From the IMG/VR virus record IMGVR_UViG_3300042291_000296, positions 1-62,265 of that record: a DNA stretch of 62,265 nucleotides; one strand, given 5' to 3'. Below are positions 47,873 through 57,632 of the stretch, one piece after another. Position 1 is the first letter of the stretch; the number at the start of each line of letters is the position of its first letter. Made by a program: the position numbers and the translations under genes. Source of the stretch: a virus. Its lineage: Duplodnaviria; Caudoviricetes. The notes under the pieces are model-generated. The model saw only the letters and a program-made list of their open reading frames with translations, had not been told where the DNA came from and did not search any database.

Positions 47873-48239
47873 CTTTTCTATATTTAATTTCTTTATTAAT
47901 TAATTCCATGTGCCAATCAGCACCACCATAGTCAAGCATTGCTTCTAGGTAGTCATCATCCATATCAGCTATGGCTACCCATGTTAGTGGTTGCTTACCA
48001 TCCTTACCTCTACTGCCTCTCGTTGCATGTTGTCTGACCAACTCATAGTCATCATCTGCATAGACATAATAAGTTTCAATCTTATCCATATCCATTGCAC
48101 CATACCTTTCATACTCATTGCCACCATCTGCCATAGCATCATTTGGACAACCACATGTTACATAGTCATGCCTGTGTCTACTTACTAATACCTCATTACA
48201 CTCAAGGCATTTTACTGAGTTATATACTATCTGTTTCAT
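47829..48239 (-). CDS. Zn-binding phage protein (CxxC...HRHD...CxC...DGG)
   Basis: CLEC, SRHRHDYVTCGC, ADGGNEYERYG. Confidence 0.75.
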   Translation of the reverse strand: MKQIVYNSVKCLECNEVLVSRHRHDYVTCGCPNDAMADGGNEYERYGAMDMDKIETYYVYADDDYELVRQHATRGSRGKDGKQPLTWVAIADMDDDYLEAMLDYGGADWHMELINKEIKYRKDDKRSDGAVVDKDL

Positions 48240-48320
48240 ATCATTTCTATTTAATTAATGGGGCAACTTTTACCCCTTATCCTTTATCGTTTTGTTTTGC
48301 TATACCTCGCCAAATGTGTT

Positions 48321-49571
48321 TCAAATTTGTAGTTTTGGCGAAGTATAATCTTTCTTGAATATATTCAAGGTATAGTTCTTCTTGCTTTTGACAGCACTGT
48401 ATATCTTGTCTTCTATTCCACCTTTCGAAAAGATCCAGTACACCTTGTTGTACATCCGATCAATTGTTGTCATACGATCCCTAGCCTGCCAGTAAGACAC
48501 TGCGCTAAAGTCTATGTTGTAGAATACCAAGTACTTAGCATTCTTAAGGCTTATGCCCTCACGACCAGATACGATCTGTAGAGCTATCGACTTGTCTGTT
48601 GCATTGAATTCATCTAGATCTGACGTTAGGTTGTCTGGACCAAATGTTTCCATTAGTGCATCTAACTCAGCCTTAAACTTGTAGAAGATTCCGATCTTAG
48701 TTCCTGAGAATCTGTCCCTTATGAACTCAGCCTTGGAGTAGTCTATAACCATCCTGTTCTCACTCTCAAACTTCACAGTGCCACTCCACAGCTGGTGCAA
48801 CTTCTGCATTAACTTCACTGGGGTGTCTCCAAGTATCACCTCTTTCGACCCATCCACAACCAGGTCACGCTCCAGTCTCTTCACAATCATTTTTGTCCAA
48901 TCGCTCATCTCCACGTACAATACCTCCTCGTCAATGTCAGTGCTAAACCCAGCCTCCTTTTGAGTGTACGATATGACGTAGCTAGATATGGCTCCCATTA
49001 TCTTTGTCTCATTTCCCTTTGAGTACTCATTTATCATCAGCCCGTTGATCTTCCTCTGGAACTTATGAACGTAGTCATCTGCCCATCGATAGAAGTTGAT
49101 GTAATGCCTAAATGGGTTCATCGGGTGTACGTAGAACTGATGGTATATCTGAGAGTAAGACTCTGGAGTCAGTGTGCCTGTCATTAGTATCAACCTGCAA
49201 CCGCTGTTTAAACCTACCAACTGCCTAACCTGTTTCGCCCTTAAGCTTGGCTTAGGGAAGGCAGACATGGTGTGTGACTCATCGCATATTATAAAGTCGT
49301 AATGAGTTTGTTTTACCTTGTGTATGCTCTCGTAGTTGGTAATGGTAATGTCAAATGGTGGGCGCATGGTGTCGTAATCAGACTGTATGGATGATATGGC
49401 CTTCTTCTTTGTTAAGAACAACACGTTCTTAGCTCCAGATAGCCTACACACCTCCATGGATGTGTAGGTCTTACCAAGTCTAACCTCCATCGCTAGGCAT
49501 AGTATTTTGTGCCTAGCTATGATGTCTGCACCCCTTATTGATATATCTACCTGATATGGTCTTAGGTTCAT
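48321..49571 (-). CDS. SF2 (SNF2-like) helicase
   Basis: LRPYQ, VRLGKT, DESH, MTGT, SGREGISL, QARDR. Confidence 0.9.
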   Translation of the reverse strand: MNLRPYQVDISIRGADIIARHKILCLAMEVRLGKTYTSMEVCRLSGAKNVLFLTKKKAISSIQSDYDTMRPPFDITITNYESIHKVKQTHYDFIICDESHTMSAFPKPSLRAKQVRQLVGLNSGCRLILMTGTLTPESYSQIYHQFYVHPMNPFRHYINFYRWADDYVHKFQRKINGLMINEYSKGNETKIMGAISSYVISYTQKEAGFSTDIDEEVLYVEMSDWTKMIVKRLERDLVVDGSKEVILGDTPVKLMQKLHQLWSGTVKFESENRMVIDYSKAEFIRDRFSGTKIGIFYKFKAELDALMETFGPDNLTSDLDEFNATDKSIALQIVSGREGISLKNAKYLVFYNIDFSAVSYWQARDRMTTIDRMYNKVYWIFSKGGIEDKIYSAVKSKKNYTLNIFKKDYTSPKLQI

Positions 49572-49575
49572 ATGC

Positions 49576-51927
49576 TTAAAAGTTTAGTTCTGTGTTCACA
49601 TCTTTCTTGGCGATGAACTCTACCATCTTTCCCATTGCATTTCTAAATATCCTTGGCTTCTCTCCAAACTTAAAGTTTCCATATGAGTCGAGCCACTTGT
49701 AGAACTTGTTGTGGGATATCTTGTATCGTCCATAGTTGCCGTAGTCGGGGTACTCACCAACAAAATTATTATATATGTTTTGACCTATCGTTATCGACCC
49801 AAGCCTTGTGTCTACATTGTCATCAGCTGTCACCCATTCCCAAAAGTCAGTGCTGGTCTCTGCTATAAACTTGCGTGTCTTTAGGTTCATGAACTGACTC
49901 TTTATCAGCCCACTAGACAGGTATGTCTGTATGTTTTTGATCATGTAGTTGTCAAACTTAGTCCACTCAGCATTACTCCATCCAGAGAACAACATATGAC
50001 CAAACTCACTCTCAGGAGTAAACGATTTGTTGTAGTACTGCTTGAACTCTAGGTCCCACTTACGCCTCTCGAACGAGTTGCCTGCACCTTTGATCGCATA
50101 GTTTGTTGTTATGACAATCTTTGGTGCGTCCTCAAATGGGATGTGTATCTCGTCCTTGTTCTTCTTCTCTAGGGTTATACCCTCAGTAATTATACTGAAC
50201 AACCTCTCGAAGTCAAAGTTCTTACTAACGTCATCAAATACTAGTGTCTGCGTGTCTACCTGCACCCGTTGATATGGGAAGGACTTCTGGAAGCTAAATC
50301 CCTTACCGTCTATTATCACCATCTTCTTCATGTGGCTGATAGACTTAACAAATATCCCCTTGCCCGTGCCACCCTCTGGGTTGTCACTTATAACCTCGTC
50401 ATTAAGTATGACCGCAGGACAATAGCTCGCTGGCTTGTGGCTGTGCATAAGGTATCCCAGTGTAGACTCCATAGACCTCATCCTCTCAGTGCTACCACCA
50501 GATATGTTCTTTATAAAGGTGTTGAACTCACATATATCGCTTGGCGATTTTATGAAGTTACGTCCGATCTTCTGCTTCTCCCACACGTATCCGTTTAGCT
50601 CCCTGTAGTCTATTATATCTACATCGTCCTTGGTGACCTTTACAGCACAGTTGTTGTAGTATATATATGAATCGTCTACCGTGTCTACCATGAACATTGG
50701 CTCTACCTTTGACACATAGTTTAAGAACGTCTCTTGGAAGAACTTGGTGTTAACAGCAAAGAAGTTGTACACAGACATGTCGTCAATACCCAGCAGGTAC
50801 TCAAGAACAAAGTCCTTTATCATCTCCTCGTTTACGTCAGATATGGTGTTGTCAAGCACCCTAACAAATACAAAGTTATTTGACTCAGCTGGGTAGTACT
50901 TATAGAACCCATTGATCCTCAAGTACTCCCTAAACAGGTGAGGCACCAGATCAATCTTGCCCTTGCTTGTCTTTGTCCAGAATGTATTGCTGTCAGCTGT
51001 CTCGATCAAGTAGTCGATAACGTCTACATTATGATTGGCCTTGACCTCCTTCTCTGGCACACCCTTCTTAAGGTCGTTCTTTATGTTGGTTGTCTTGTCT
51101 ATGTCCTCGTAGAACTTTGTCCCATGTGATGCAATGTTCCTATACGCTGACCACACAATCGTGCCTATCTCCTTCTCCATGTCCCCATCGTCATACGACA
51201 TCAATACAGACTTGGCCTCCTCTTGTGGTATGCCAAACTCATTTAATGCTGAGGCTAGGATGAACAGGTTGTTGTTCCTCTGTCCCTTGACCATGCCGTA
51301 GCTCTTGTTCCACCATATGGTGAGCCTCCTTGTTATCTCGTTTGTGTCGTTTATAACGATCTTTGGCCTTACGTATGCAACGTCAGACGAGTCAGAGTCC
51401 ATCTCTGTCCACGTAGACGACAGCTCATTTACGTATATATTCTCGTCATATGACTCGTAGCACACACGTGAAATATTTTTACAGCTCACGTCAAACTCAT
51501 CACAATCATAATATTTTTTAAGTGCAGAGAAATACTTCTTGTGGTTCATCGGGTCTTTTGGTATGCTTACCAATACCTTTAGTCCATCACCAGATGGTGA
51601 CGTGAACACACAGTAGCTGTACTTATCAGCCATCAACTCCTCCCTCTTGTTGTACAGGTCTTGCTCATTTTTAAATCCGTCAAAGTCTATGCATATAAAT
51701 CCGCTGTGCTCTATGATCGCATTGTCTGATCGCCTGCTGAATGTACCAGAGAAACATATCGCTGGTAATTTCTTCTTCTTCTCGTTCCTCTCGTCCTTGT
51801 TAGATGAGTTCCTTACAGCCATCACCTTGTCCTTCGAGGAACCATTTCTTATCCTATCGATTGCCATTGAGACATCCTTGTAGAACGGCTCAGAGGTGTC
51901 GTTTATACTTCTGAAGTAAGTTATCAT
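49576..51927 (-). CDS. Primase-helicase (BT4734/VirE-N primase domain, PriCT, SF3-like ATPase)
   Basis: KKKLPAICFSG, CIDFD, FTSPSGDGLK, GQRNNNLF, NPEGGTGKG, LVFDD, ITTNY; start at MITYF. Confidence 0.88.
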   Translation of the reverse strand: MITYFRSINDTSEPFYKDVSMAIDRIRNGSSKDKVMAVRNSSNKDERNEKKKKLPAICFSGTFSRRSDNAIIEHSGFICIDFDGFKNEQDLYNKREELMADKYSYCVFTSPSGDGLKVLVSIPKDPMNHKKYFSALKKYYDCDEFDVSCKNISRVCYESYDENIYVNELSSTWTEMDSDSSDVAYVRPKIVINDTNEITRRLTIWWNKSYGMVKGQRNNNLFILASALNEFGIPQEEAKSVLMSYDDGDMEKEIGTIVWSAYRNIASHGTKFYEDIDKTTNIKNDLKKGVPEKEVKANHNVDVIDYLIETADSNTFWTKTSKGKIDLVPHLFREYLRINGFYKYYPAESNNFVFVRVLDNTISDVNEEMIKDFVLEYLLGIDDMSVYNFFAVNTKFFQETFLNYVSKVEPMFMVDTVDDSYIYYNNCAVKVTKDDVDIIDYRELNGYVWEKQKIGRNFIKSPSDICEFNTFIKNISGGSTERMRSMESTLGYLMHSHKPASYCPAVILNDEVISDNPEGGTGKGIFVKSISHMKKMVIIDGKGFSFQKSFPYQRVQVDTQTLVFDDVSKNFDFERLFSIITEGITLEKKNKDEIHIPFEDAPKIVITTNYAIKGAGNSFERRKWDLEFKQYYNKSFTPESEFGHMLFSGWSNAEWTKFDNYMIKNIQTYLSSGLIKSQFMNLKTRKFIAETSTDFWEWVTADDNVDTRLGSITIGQNIYNNFVGEYPDYGNYGRYKISHNKFYKWLDSYGNFKFGEKPRIFRNAMGKMVEFIAKKDVNTELNF

Positions 51928-52145
51928 TTGCTTAGTTCTTTTTTTAGCTTGGTTAGGTATAGTATGTTGTCCATCTGCTCCTCTATGGCGTGGTCTATCC
52001 ACTCAGTGACAGACAAATCATCTCTGTCCATAGTGTTGTTATACTTCTTAATCCCCTTGATCGATCTTTCTTTGAATCGAAAAATTACAGAGTCGACTAT
52101 AGTGTCAACCTGACCGTGTGTTGAGTTTGAATACCACATATACAT
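51924..52145 (-). CDS. MazG-like/nucleotide pyrophosphohydrolase-associated small protein
   Basis: RSIKGIKKY..TMDRDDL...WIDHAIEEQMDNILYL (EE..D). Confidence 0.6.
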   Translation of the reverse strand: MYMWYSNSTHGQVDTIVDSVIFRFKERSIKGIKKYNNTMDRDDLSVTEWIDHAIEEQMDNILYLTKLKKELSK

Positions 52146-52164
52146 TAAAATTAAATTGATTACT

Positions 52165-52204
52165 TAAAAAAGAGGGTAGGCCATCCATAACTGCCTACCC
52201 AGAG
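52165..52204 (-). terminator. Terminator downstream of the tRNA
   Basis: Minus strand GGGTAGGC...GCCTACCC hairpin followed by TCTTTTTT. Confidence 0.7.
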
Positions 52205-52257
52205 TTTTTCCAAAAATGGTTGGCTAACCACAGAACCCTAACTGTACCTATGAAGTG

Positions 52258-52328
52258 AAGTCAGGACAGGAATCGAACCTGTATACTCCGACTTAAAAGG
52301 TCGGGCTTTACCATTAAGCCACCTGACT
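52258..52328 (-). tRNA. tRNA-Lys(UUU), atypical
   Basis: AGTCAGG/CCTGACT acceptor, GCTT/AAGC D arm, CCGAC-CTTTTAA-GTCGG anticodon arm, ACAGG-TTCGATT-CCTGT T arm; no encoded CCA. Confidence 0.85.
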
Positions 52329-52339
52329 TATTAATCTAA

Positions 52340-52684
52340 TTAAAAGGGTAGGTCTGCGTCAGTGTCGTTTGCATCACCTACAACGACAGGAGGTGTAGTT
52401 GTTACATGTGCTACCTCGATCGCCTCTACTCTCCACGCCTCTAAGTTGTTGAAGTACTTACCTTGGTACTCACGTCCTCTGATACGAAAACATACCTCAA
52501 CCTCTTGACCCTCAGCGATTTGATCTAACTTTTCGCAGTTGTTCTGCGTCAGCTGAAATGAAATATCTTGTGGATACTTCTCGTCAGGCTCGTTCAATAC
52601 AAACTCTCGCTTTTGGAATTTGTCTGTGATCTTAACCGTGTCGTTAATCACCTTCATCACCCCCCTCATTTTAAATTCACTCAT
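52340..52684 (-). CDS. Single-stranded DNA-binding protein (DUF3127)
   Basis: FQKREFV, YPQ, GREY.GKYFNNLEAWRV, acidic DLPF tail. Confidence 0.88.
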   Translation of the reverse strand: MSEFKMRGVMKVINDTVKITDKFQKREFVLNEPDEKYPQDISFQLTQNNCEKLDQIAEGQEVEVCFRIRGREYQGKYFNNLEAWRVEAIEVAHVTTTPPVVVGDANDTDADLPF

Positions 52685-53451
52685 TTGTTTTTTGATTTTA
52701 GTAAATTATGATACTCATTTGCATACTTCTCGGCAGCAGCTAGCCGTTTGTCCATCTTGACAATATCATCGCTCGTAAGCTTTACAGGTACTATAGTAGC
52801 CCTAAGTTCATCTTCTAAGTCCTCCATGTAGTGCAGGCTGTCGTCCTCGTACTCTGGCTTCAACTCCTCTGGAGTGGTTGTTAAAATAAATGCAACCTCA
52901 CCATCAGACCAGTCTTCGCCAGTCATCTTAGTCAACATGTAGAGGTAGTGTTTTACTTGCCACTCATAGTTGCTATTGTATGCCCTATTGACCGTCTTGG
53001 GAAATGACTTTTTCGACCATGAGGACTTCAAGTCGATCACCTTCCTTCTTTCACAATCAACAATGTCTGGGTGACCACCCGATATGCCGTGCTCAAGCTC
53101 GTAGTAACTATCGAACGCCTCCTGCTTATGGTAGCTCGTAAAGAAGATACGATTATATATCTCGCACGACTCTGACTCCACGTCCCATCCCTTCTGTGTC
53201 TTCGGGTTGGAAAAGTTCTCCTCGTACTTGTACACCTGCTGATCGATGATGTCCTCGATTAAGCTCTTGGCACCTGAACTCAGCTCTACCGAGTTATGCT
53301 TCATCTCTAACTTGTCACGCTCCCTTGCCTGTGACTCTGTCAACTTTATCTTCGACTTTAGCTCAATAAGTTTTGTAAACTGGATGTCTGTCAGCCCGTC
53401 GTCGCCCAAAAATAATGGTGCGCATGACGATGATCTAATTCTTAATTTCAT
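52681..53451 (-). CDS. PD-(D/E)XK exonuclease (YqaJ/lambda-exo-like)
   Basis: IRSSS, KG..VE, GHPD, IDLKSSW, YEWQVKHY. Confidence 0.85.
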   Translation of the reverse strand: MKLRIRSSSCAPLFLGDDGLTDIQFTKLIELKSKIKLTESQARERDKLEMKHNSVELSSGAKSLIEDIIDQQVYKYEENFSNPKTQKGWDVESESCEIYNRIFFTSYHKQEAFDSYYELEHGISGGHPDIVDCERRKVIDLKSSWSKKSFPKTVNRAYNSNYEWQVKHYLYMLTKMTGEDWSDGEVAFILTTTPEELKPEYEDDSLHYMEDLEDELRATIVPVKLTSDDIVKMDKRLAAAEKYANEYHNLLKSKNK

Positions 53452-53920
53452 TCAGTATCTCCATTTGTTCGTTAGTAATTGTGTACGCCTTCTTGATCTT
53501 GTCAATGGTCGTTCTGCCAGACTCCAGTGCCTCGACGGCCTTTGTCATCTGATCAGCTGTTAGTGTTGGTAGCTCCTTCTTTGGCAAAGGTCGGACGCTA
53601 AATCGTAGCGCATCAACCAATCCCTGTGGACTCTTTACCTTCTCTGTCATCATTACTATCTGCTTGCCTACGTAGTCTTCTGCGTTGAATGAGCTGAAGA
53701 ATGTCTCTAGTCGCTTGAAGTTTGACCTGTTGCATATCATTGGCTTGTCAAATTCTTTTAGCTTCACGAAGACCTTGTCCTCCTTGCCCATCTCTCCGAC
53801 AAATACGTCTTGGTATATGCGATCGATAGTTACAACCTTTGGCTCGTATTTGCCATTCACCTCTAAGTCCCACGATCCTAGGTACTTGTTGTCTTTCATT
53901 AGATTTCTCCAGTGTGCCAT
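53435..53920 (-). CDS. Putative ssDNA annealing/recombination partner
   Basis: HWR, YLGSWDL, KPMICNRSN, GKQI, ALRF; adjacent to the exonuclease and SSB. Confidence 0.55.
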   Translation of the reverse strand: MAHWRNLMKDNKYLGSWDLEVNGKYEPKVVTIDRIYQDVFVGEMGKEDKVFVKLKEFDKPMICNRSNFKRLETFFSSFNAEDYVGKQIVMMTEKVKSPQGLVDALRFSVRPLPKKELPTLTADQMTKAVEALESGRTTIDKIKKAYTITNEQMEILNEIKN

Positions 53921-53951
53921 ATATATTTATTTAATTAGGGGGTTACAAAGA

Positions 53952-54347
53952 TTATAAAATTTCGCTTAACAGCAATGAATATTTCTCTTTTTTTATTAAC
54001 AATTTTTGTTTTCGTTCTGTAAGCTCTTCAACGTTGTACAGGTCAGAGTCCATCTCAGCGTAGCGTATCAAAGACTCTACCTTCTTAATCTTCCTGTCGC
54101 AAACGTCTAGGTTTAGGTTGTAGCAACCTGCCAGCCAGCCGTTGTTCTCGAACAAGAGCATCTGAAAGTCAGTTATCTTCTCGTACTTATCGCTGGATGT
54201 CATCGTGTTCATTATCTCAATGCGATTGTCAAAGTCAAACAGCTCTATCTTAACCCCGTGGTCTATGTACCACGAGCTGTATCCCGTTCGGTAGATCTTA
54301 TCTTCCGATGTTAGGTCGTTCCATGCTTTATTTTGGGTCATACTCAT
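53952..54347 (-). CDS. Hypothetical protein
   Basis: ORF tiling the operon. Confidence 0.6.
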   Translation of the reverse strand: MSMTQNKAWNDLTSEDKIYRTGYSSWYIDHGVKIELFDFDNRIEIMNTMTSSDKYEKITDFQMLLFENNGWLAGCYNLNLDVCDRKIKKVESLIRYAEMDSDLYNVEELTERKQKLLIKKEKYSLLLSEIL

Positions 54348-54714
54348 ATATTATTTCGCCGAAGCCAGTGAATTTTGAATAAACATTATCTTTGTGAATG
54401 ACAGCTACGTTGTACCCACCCTCCTTGTTTTTGTGACAAAAGAATAGGTATACCCTGTCTGGATTCTTTAGGTCATCCCAGTATATATATATTGGAACCT
54501 CAGAATCCCTTTCAACAATTACAGAGTTTAGGTCTATTCCATTGTTTTCAATTACACGCATAGATATATCCAGTGCATCGTCTAATTTTTTTACCTTGGT
54601 GATAAATAAATCTTCACCTTTTTCATAGCTAACCGAGTCTAATCCCTCGAAGTTTTGTGCGAATGATGTTACCGTTATCCCTAAGAATAACATCGTTGTT
54701 TTAAGTTTTCTCAT
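54328..54714 (-). CDS. Secreted protein (signal peptide)
   Basis: MRKLKTTMLFLGITVTSFA-Q, a Bacteroidota-type Sec signal with +1 Gln. Confidence 0.65.
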   Translation of the reverse strand: MRKLKTTMLFLGITVTSFAQNFEGLDSVSYEKGEDLFITKVKKLDDALDISMRVIENNGIDLNSVIVERDSEVPIYIYWDDLKNPDRVYLFFCHKNKEGGYNVAVIHKDNVYSKFTGFGEIIYEYDPK

Positions 54715-54904
54715 TTTATATTTAATTTAAGTTAAGTTACTAATTCTCCAAATGCAATAATCATTGTGTATACAAGGAATACAGACGATACCATGGCTAT
54801 TACCATGAATGAAAGTACTATAAATCTGTACCTTATAAACTTTAATGGAAGCCAACACGATAGCGTGAAGACTGTCAACGATATTAAAAAATTTGTCATG
54901 TCTT

Positions 54905-55255
54905 TTAAGTTTTAGTGAACCTTGGACTGCACCCAAGGAGTATGCTAGGGCGGAAGCCCTTCTCTTTTATCTTGTAAATCTTAATCGTGTCATCTACTAT
55001 CTCATCGAACACCTTCTCCTCTATCTCGTAGTCCATGTATGGTATCACCTTCTGACCCATCTCGTTGGTCTCTGCATTATTAAACAGCTCGTCAAACGAT
55101 GCTGGCGGTGTTGAGTGTGCGTATAGCTGTCGGTAGCAGTGCATGATCGCTGTGTCTATTTTTTTTTGTCTCATATATCTAGTTCTAGTTTCTCGATTAG
55201 TATTAGTAGTGTTGTGTACTTTGTCTGTAGTCTCTGAGTACTCGGGTCTTTGCAT
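54905..55255 (-). CDS. Hypothetical protein
   Basis: CYRQLYAHSTPPASFDEL...ILLGCSP. Confidence 0.6.
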   Translation of the reverse strand: MQRPEYSETTDKVHNTTNTNRETRTRYMRQKKIDTAIMHCYRQLYAHSTPPASFDELFNNAETNEMGQKVIPYMDYEIEEKVFDEIVDDTIKIYKIKEKGFRPSILLGCSPRFTKT

Positions 55256-55352
55256 CCAAATTCAGATACCATCTCGTCGAACTCATCCTTTAGCTCTAGC
55301 ATGTAGGCAAGGATTGTTTGTGTCATTTCTTCTTTGTCCATCTGTATTTAGT

Positions 55353-55535
55353 TTAATAGTCCATGCCATAATCAGCTAGGTCTAGTGGTGAAATGTTTCC
55401 GCTCTCTAATATGTCAATTAGCCCGTGAAATTGTTTTGCTCCATCAAGTCCCATGTCGTTCATATCCTTTATGAATCGATTTGCGTGCTCGTTGCAGTAG
55501 TCAACTGCATCATTGATTGTTGTTTCTTCTGTCAT
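55353..55535 (-). CDS. Hypothetical protein
   Basis: ORF tiling the operon; start approximated at MTEETT. Confidence 0.5.
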   Translation of the reverse strand: MTEETTINDAVDYCNEHANRFIKDMNDMGLDGAKQFHGLIDILESGNISPLDLADYGMDY

Positions 55536-55722
55536 CTTTTCTCGTTTTTTTATAGTCAATAATAAATCCAATAGCTACAATTATATTCATACCGCATGAC
55601 ATTAGTATCTCGTGGATGTCAGCGTACACATTCATTGACAGGTGTACGTGACCCACCATCCAAAAAGGTATGGATAAGTTTTGGCTCACCCATACCAGTA
55701 GATACCTTACAAAATGTTTCAC
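55510..55722 (-). CDS. Small membrane protein
   Basis: WVSQNLSIPFWMVGHVHL and a second hydrophobic helix. Confidence 0.6.
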   Translation of the reverse strand: MKHFVRYLLVWVSQNLSIPFWMVGHVHLSMNVYADIHEILMSCGMNIIVAIGFIIDYKKTRKDDRRNNNQ

Positions 55723-56171
55723 TGCTTGACAACAAAGTCGAACGCAGACAAGCCACCTGTCATTTTGAACTCATACGTCCCCGCTCCACACGTCTTGTCA
55801 TTTACCCTTACCTTTACCGATGACGCAGACTTAAAGCTTGACAACATATTGCTTGTCTTTAAGTTCTTTACTAAGAATACCGTGTTGTGGTCTTCGGTGA
55901 CATTACATTCTAATACCTCGTACTTCTGATAAACCCCGTCAACTAAGAAAGATATCTCTACATCGACAACATCATCACACACGAAAAAACCATACATGTA
56001 AAATGATATGTTCTTGTTGTAGTTCTCAAGCTTTAGCCAATGTGTGATGTAATCTTTGGTGTATGCTATGTTGTAGGTCGGATCGATTCCATTGTCAACA
56101 TTCATGTTTACCCATTGCGCACTTGCTGTATAGCTTAGTGCTAATCCGATTGTCATTAATACAGTTTTCAT
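55719..56171 (-). CDS. Secreted protein (signal peptide)
   Basis: MKTVLMTIGLALSYTASA-QW signal; beta-rich domain with Cys residues. Confidence 0.7.
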   Translation of the reverse strand: MKTVLMTIGLALSYTASAQWVNMNVDNGIDPTYNIAYTKDYITHWLKLENYNKNISFYMYGFFVCDDVVDVEISFLVDGVYQKYEVLECNVTEDHNTVFLVKNLKTSNMLSSFKSASSVKVRVNDKTCGAGTYEFKMTGGLSAFDFVVKQ

Positions 56172-56181
56172 GTTTTTTAGT

Positions 56182-56367
56182 TTAATTACTATTAAATTCT
56201 TCTATTAAAAATTGGACGACCGATGGCTCTATCGATGTGATGACCGCTCCGATGTCCGTAAAGAACATTTCGAAAAAATGCGTCGCATCTGCCTCGCTGT
56301 TCGCCCATACCTTGTCTACATACCTATCCCTCCCGAATACAATGTAGTTGATTTTATATGCCCTCAT
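56182..56367 (-). CDS. Small hypothetical protein
   Basis: MRAYKINY...VWANSEADA; ATGA-coupled. Confidence 0.55.
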   Translation of the reverse strand: MRAYKINYIVFGRDRYVDKVWANSEADATHFFEMFFTDIGAVITSIEPSVVQFLIEEFNSN

Positions 56368-56498
56368 AACTTGCAAATATATATAATGTTACCGCTGTCG
56401 CCAAACTTTTTCAACGCCTCAGCGTAGCTTAGTGCGTCTACGTTCACTCCCGAACATAGGTTCCTCGATATCTCGAAGCAGATGTGGTAGGTCGTCAT
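56364..56498 (-). CDS. Small hypothetical protein (44 aa)
   Basis: Translated by hand: MTTYHICFEISRNLCSGVNVDALSYAEALKKFG...; ATGA overlaps on both sides. Confidence 0.55.
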   Translation of the reverse strand: MTTYHICFEISRNLCSGVNVDALSYAEALKKFGDSGNIIYICKL

Positions 56499-56917
56499 AG
56501 CTCTAGCTCTATTTGGTTTATAACTTGGTACTCGTAGTCAACATCGTTGTTGTACGGGTATGCCTGTATGATGTAGTTTAGCCACTCCTTCTCGTTCTTA
56601 AACTCATGCTTCTGCATGTAGTCGAAGTGTACGTCAAACTTGCCCTCGGCAAACTCGATGGTGTACCACTCGTCAAGGTCATCAAACTGGATGGTCTTGG
56701 TCTCAACTCCGTAAGTCAGCTCGACAAAGCGGAGGATAGGATTGATTTTTGCTTTCATTGGTTTTCTATTATAGGTTAAATTAAATTCCGACATCTGATC
56801 CTTCTCCATTATTAAGGCGGAGCCGTATACATTCATCAATTCATTTGTAGTCATCTGTTCATCTCTCATTAACATTAACTGGCTGAATAGCCATTCTACT
56901 GCTGTCTGTTTTTTCAT
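56495..56917 (-). CDS. Hypothetical protein with KQTAVEWL N-terminus
   Basis: ORF from the track; may be a fusion of two small genes (internal MKAKIN). Confidence 0.55.
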   Translation of the reverse strand: MKKQTAVEWLFSQLMLMRDEQMTTNELMNVYGSALIMEKDQMSEFNLTYNRKPMKAKINPILRFVELTYGVETKTIQFDDLDEWYTIEFAEGKFDVHFDYMQKHEFKNEKEWLNYIIQAYPYNNDVDYEYQVINQIELEL

Positions 56918-56919
56918 TT

Positions 56920-57205
56920 AGTGTTGGTTTTTAGTGATTAGTGTTGGTTTATGTTGATTTTATGTTGATTTGAAATTCTGTAACCATTGGTACTGCTAGG
57001 TTTGTGTTAGAATGTTAGTTTTTACTCTTCTATAGAGTAAAAAAAAATAAAATATATATATATAGATAGTATAGTGATACTATACTATGTAATTATTTAA
57101 TTTCACGCTAGTTTTGTCTTCAAAATCAACATTTCGACACAAAGTCAATGGTAGCAAGGCTTTCAGAAAAAAAAATCAACACTAAATCAACACGAGTCAA
57201 CACTG
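56920..57205. other. Putative replication origin: inverted iteron arrays around an AT-rich palindromic core
   Basis: TGTTG(G/A)TTT repeats on the left, AAATCAACA repeats on the right, ~60-bp imperfect inverted arms, central TTTACTCT..AGAGTAAA and ATAGTATAGT..ACTATACTAT. Confidence 0.65.
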
Positions 57206-57263
57206 AAAATAGTTAAACGATTGATTGATAGGTTTTTAGGCGATTTGATTTCAACACTCACAA

Positions 57264-57620
57264 TCATAGGTCGATTGAATGGCCGTCGTTAATATTGAAG
57301 ATTGCCTTCTGCTCGTTAATCTTGCCAATCAATATTGCGTCAGATAGATTGTCTACTACGATTGATACGTCGAGGTATAGCCATCCATCGTCGACCCATC
57401 CGCCTATGTTGTTCTCGGGCAGAGATAGTTCAAGCCCGTGTACAGCACAGAAGTTATAGAGCGTGTGCTCGATCGATTGTCTTGTGTCGTCTATTGGTGT
57501 CTTAGAGCCTCCCTTCAGACTGACCGCATAGCCAGTTTTTGGTGATGTACCATTTGATAGATTGAATGTGGCTCCACCATTCTGAATGATGGAGTCCACG
57601 AAGTCATGTAGGTTTTTCAT
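57264..57620 (-). CDS. Early protein, putative SAM-lyase-like; paralog of a domain in the giant protein
   Basis: GGATFN...GYAV...IGGW..DG.LYLDVS...AILIG...EQKAIF. Confidence 0.6.
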   Translation of the reverse strand: MKNLHDFVDSIIQNGGATFNLSNGTSPKTGYAVSLKGGSKTPIDDTRQSIEHTLYNFCAVHGLELSLPENNIGGWVDDGWLYLDVSIVVDNLSDAILIGKINEQKAIFNINDGHSIDL

Positions 57621-57632
57621 AGTTTCTAGGTT

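Noticed and set aside
52200-52257. HDV-like (theta) ribozyme after the tRNA
   Set aside because: Only two small hairpins are visible; I could not build the nested double pseudoknot.
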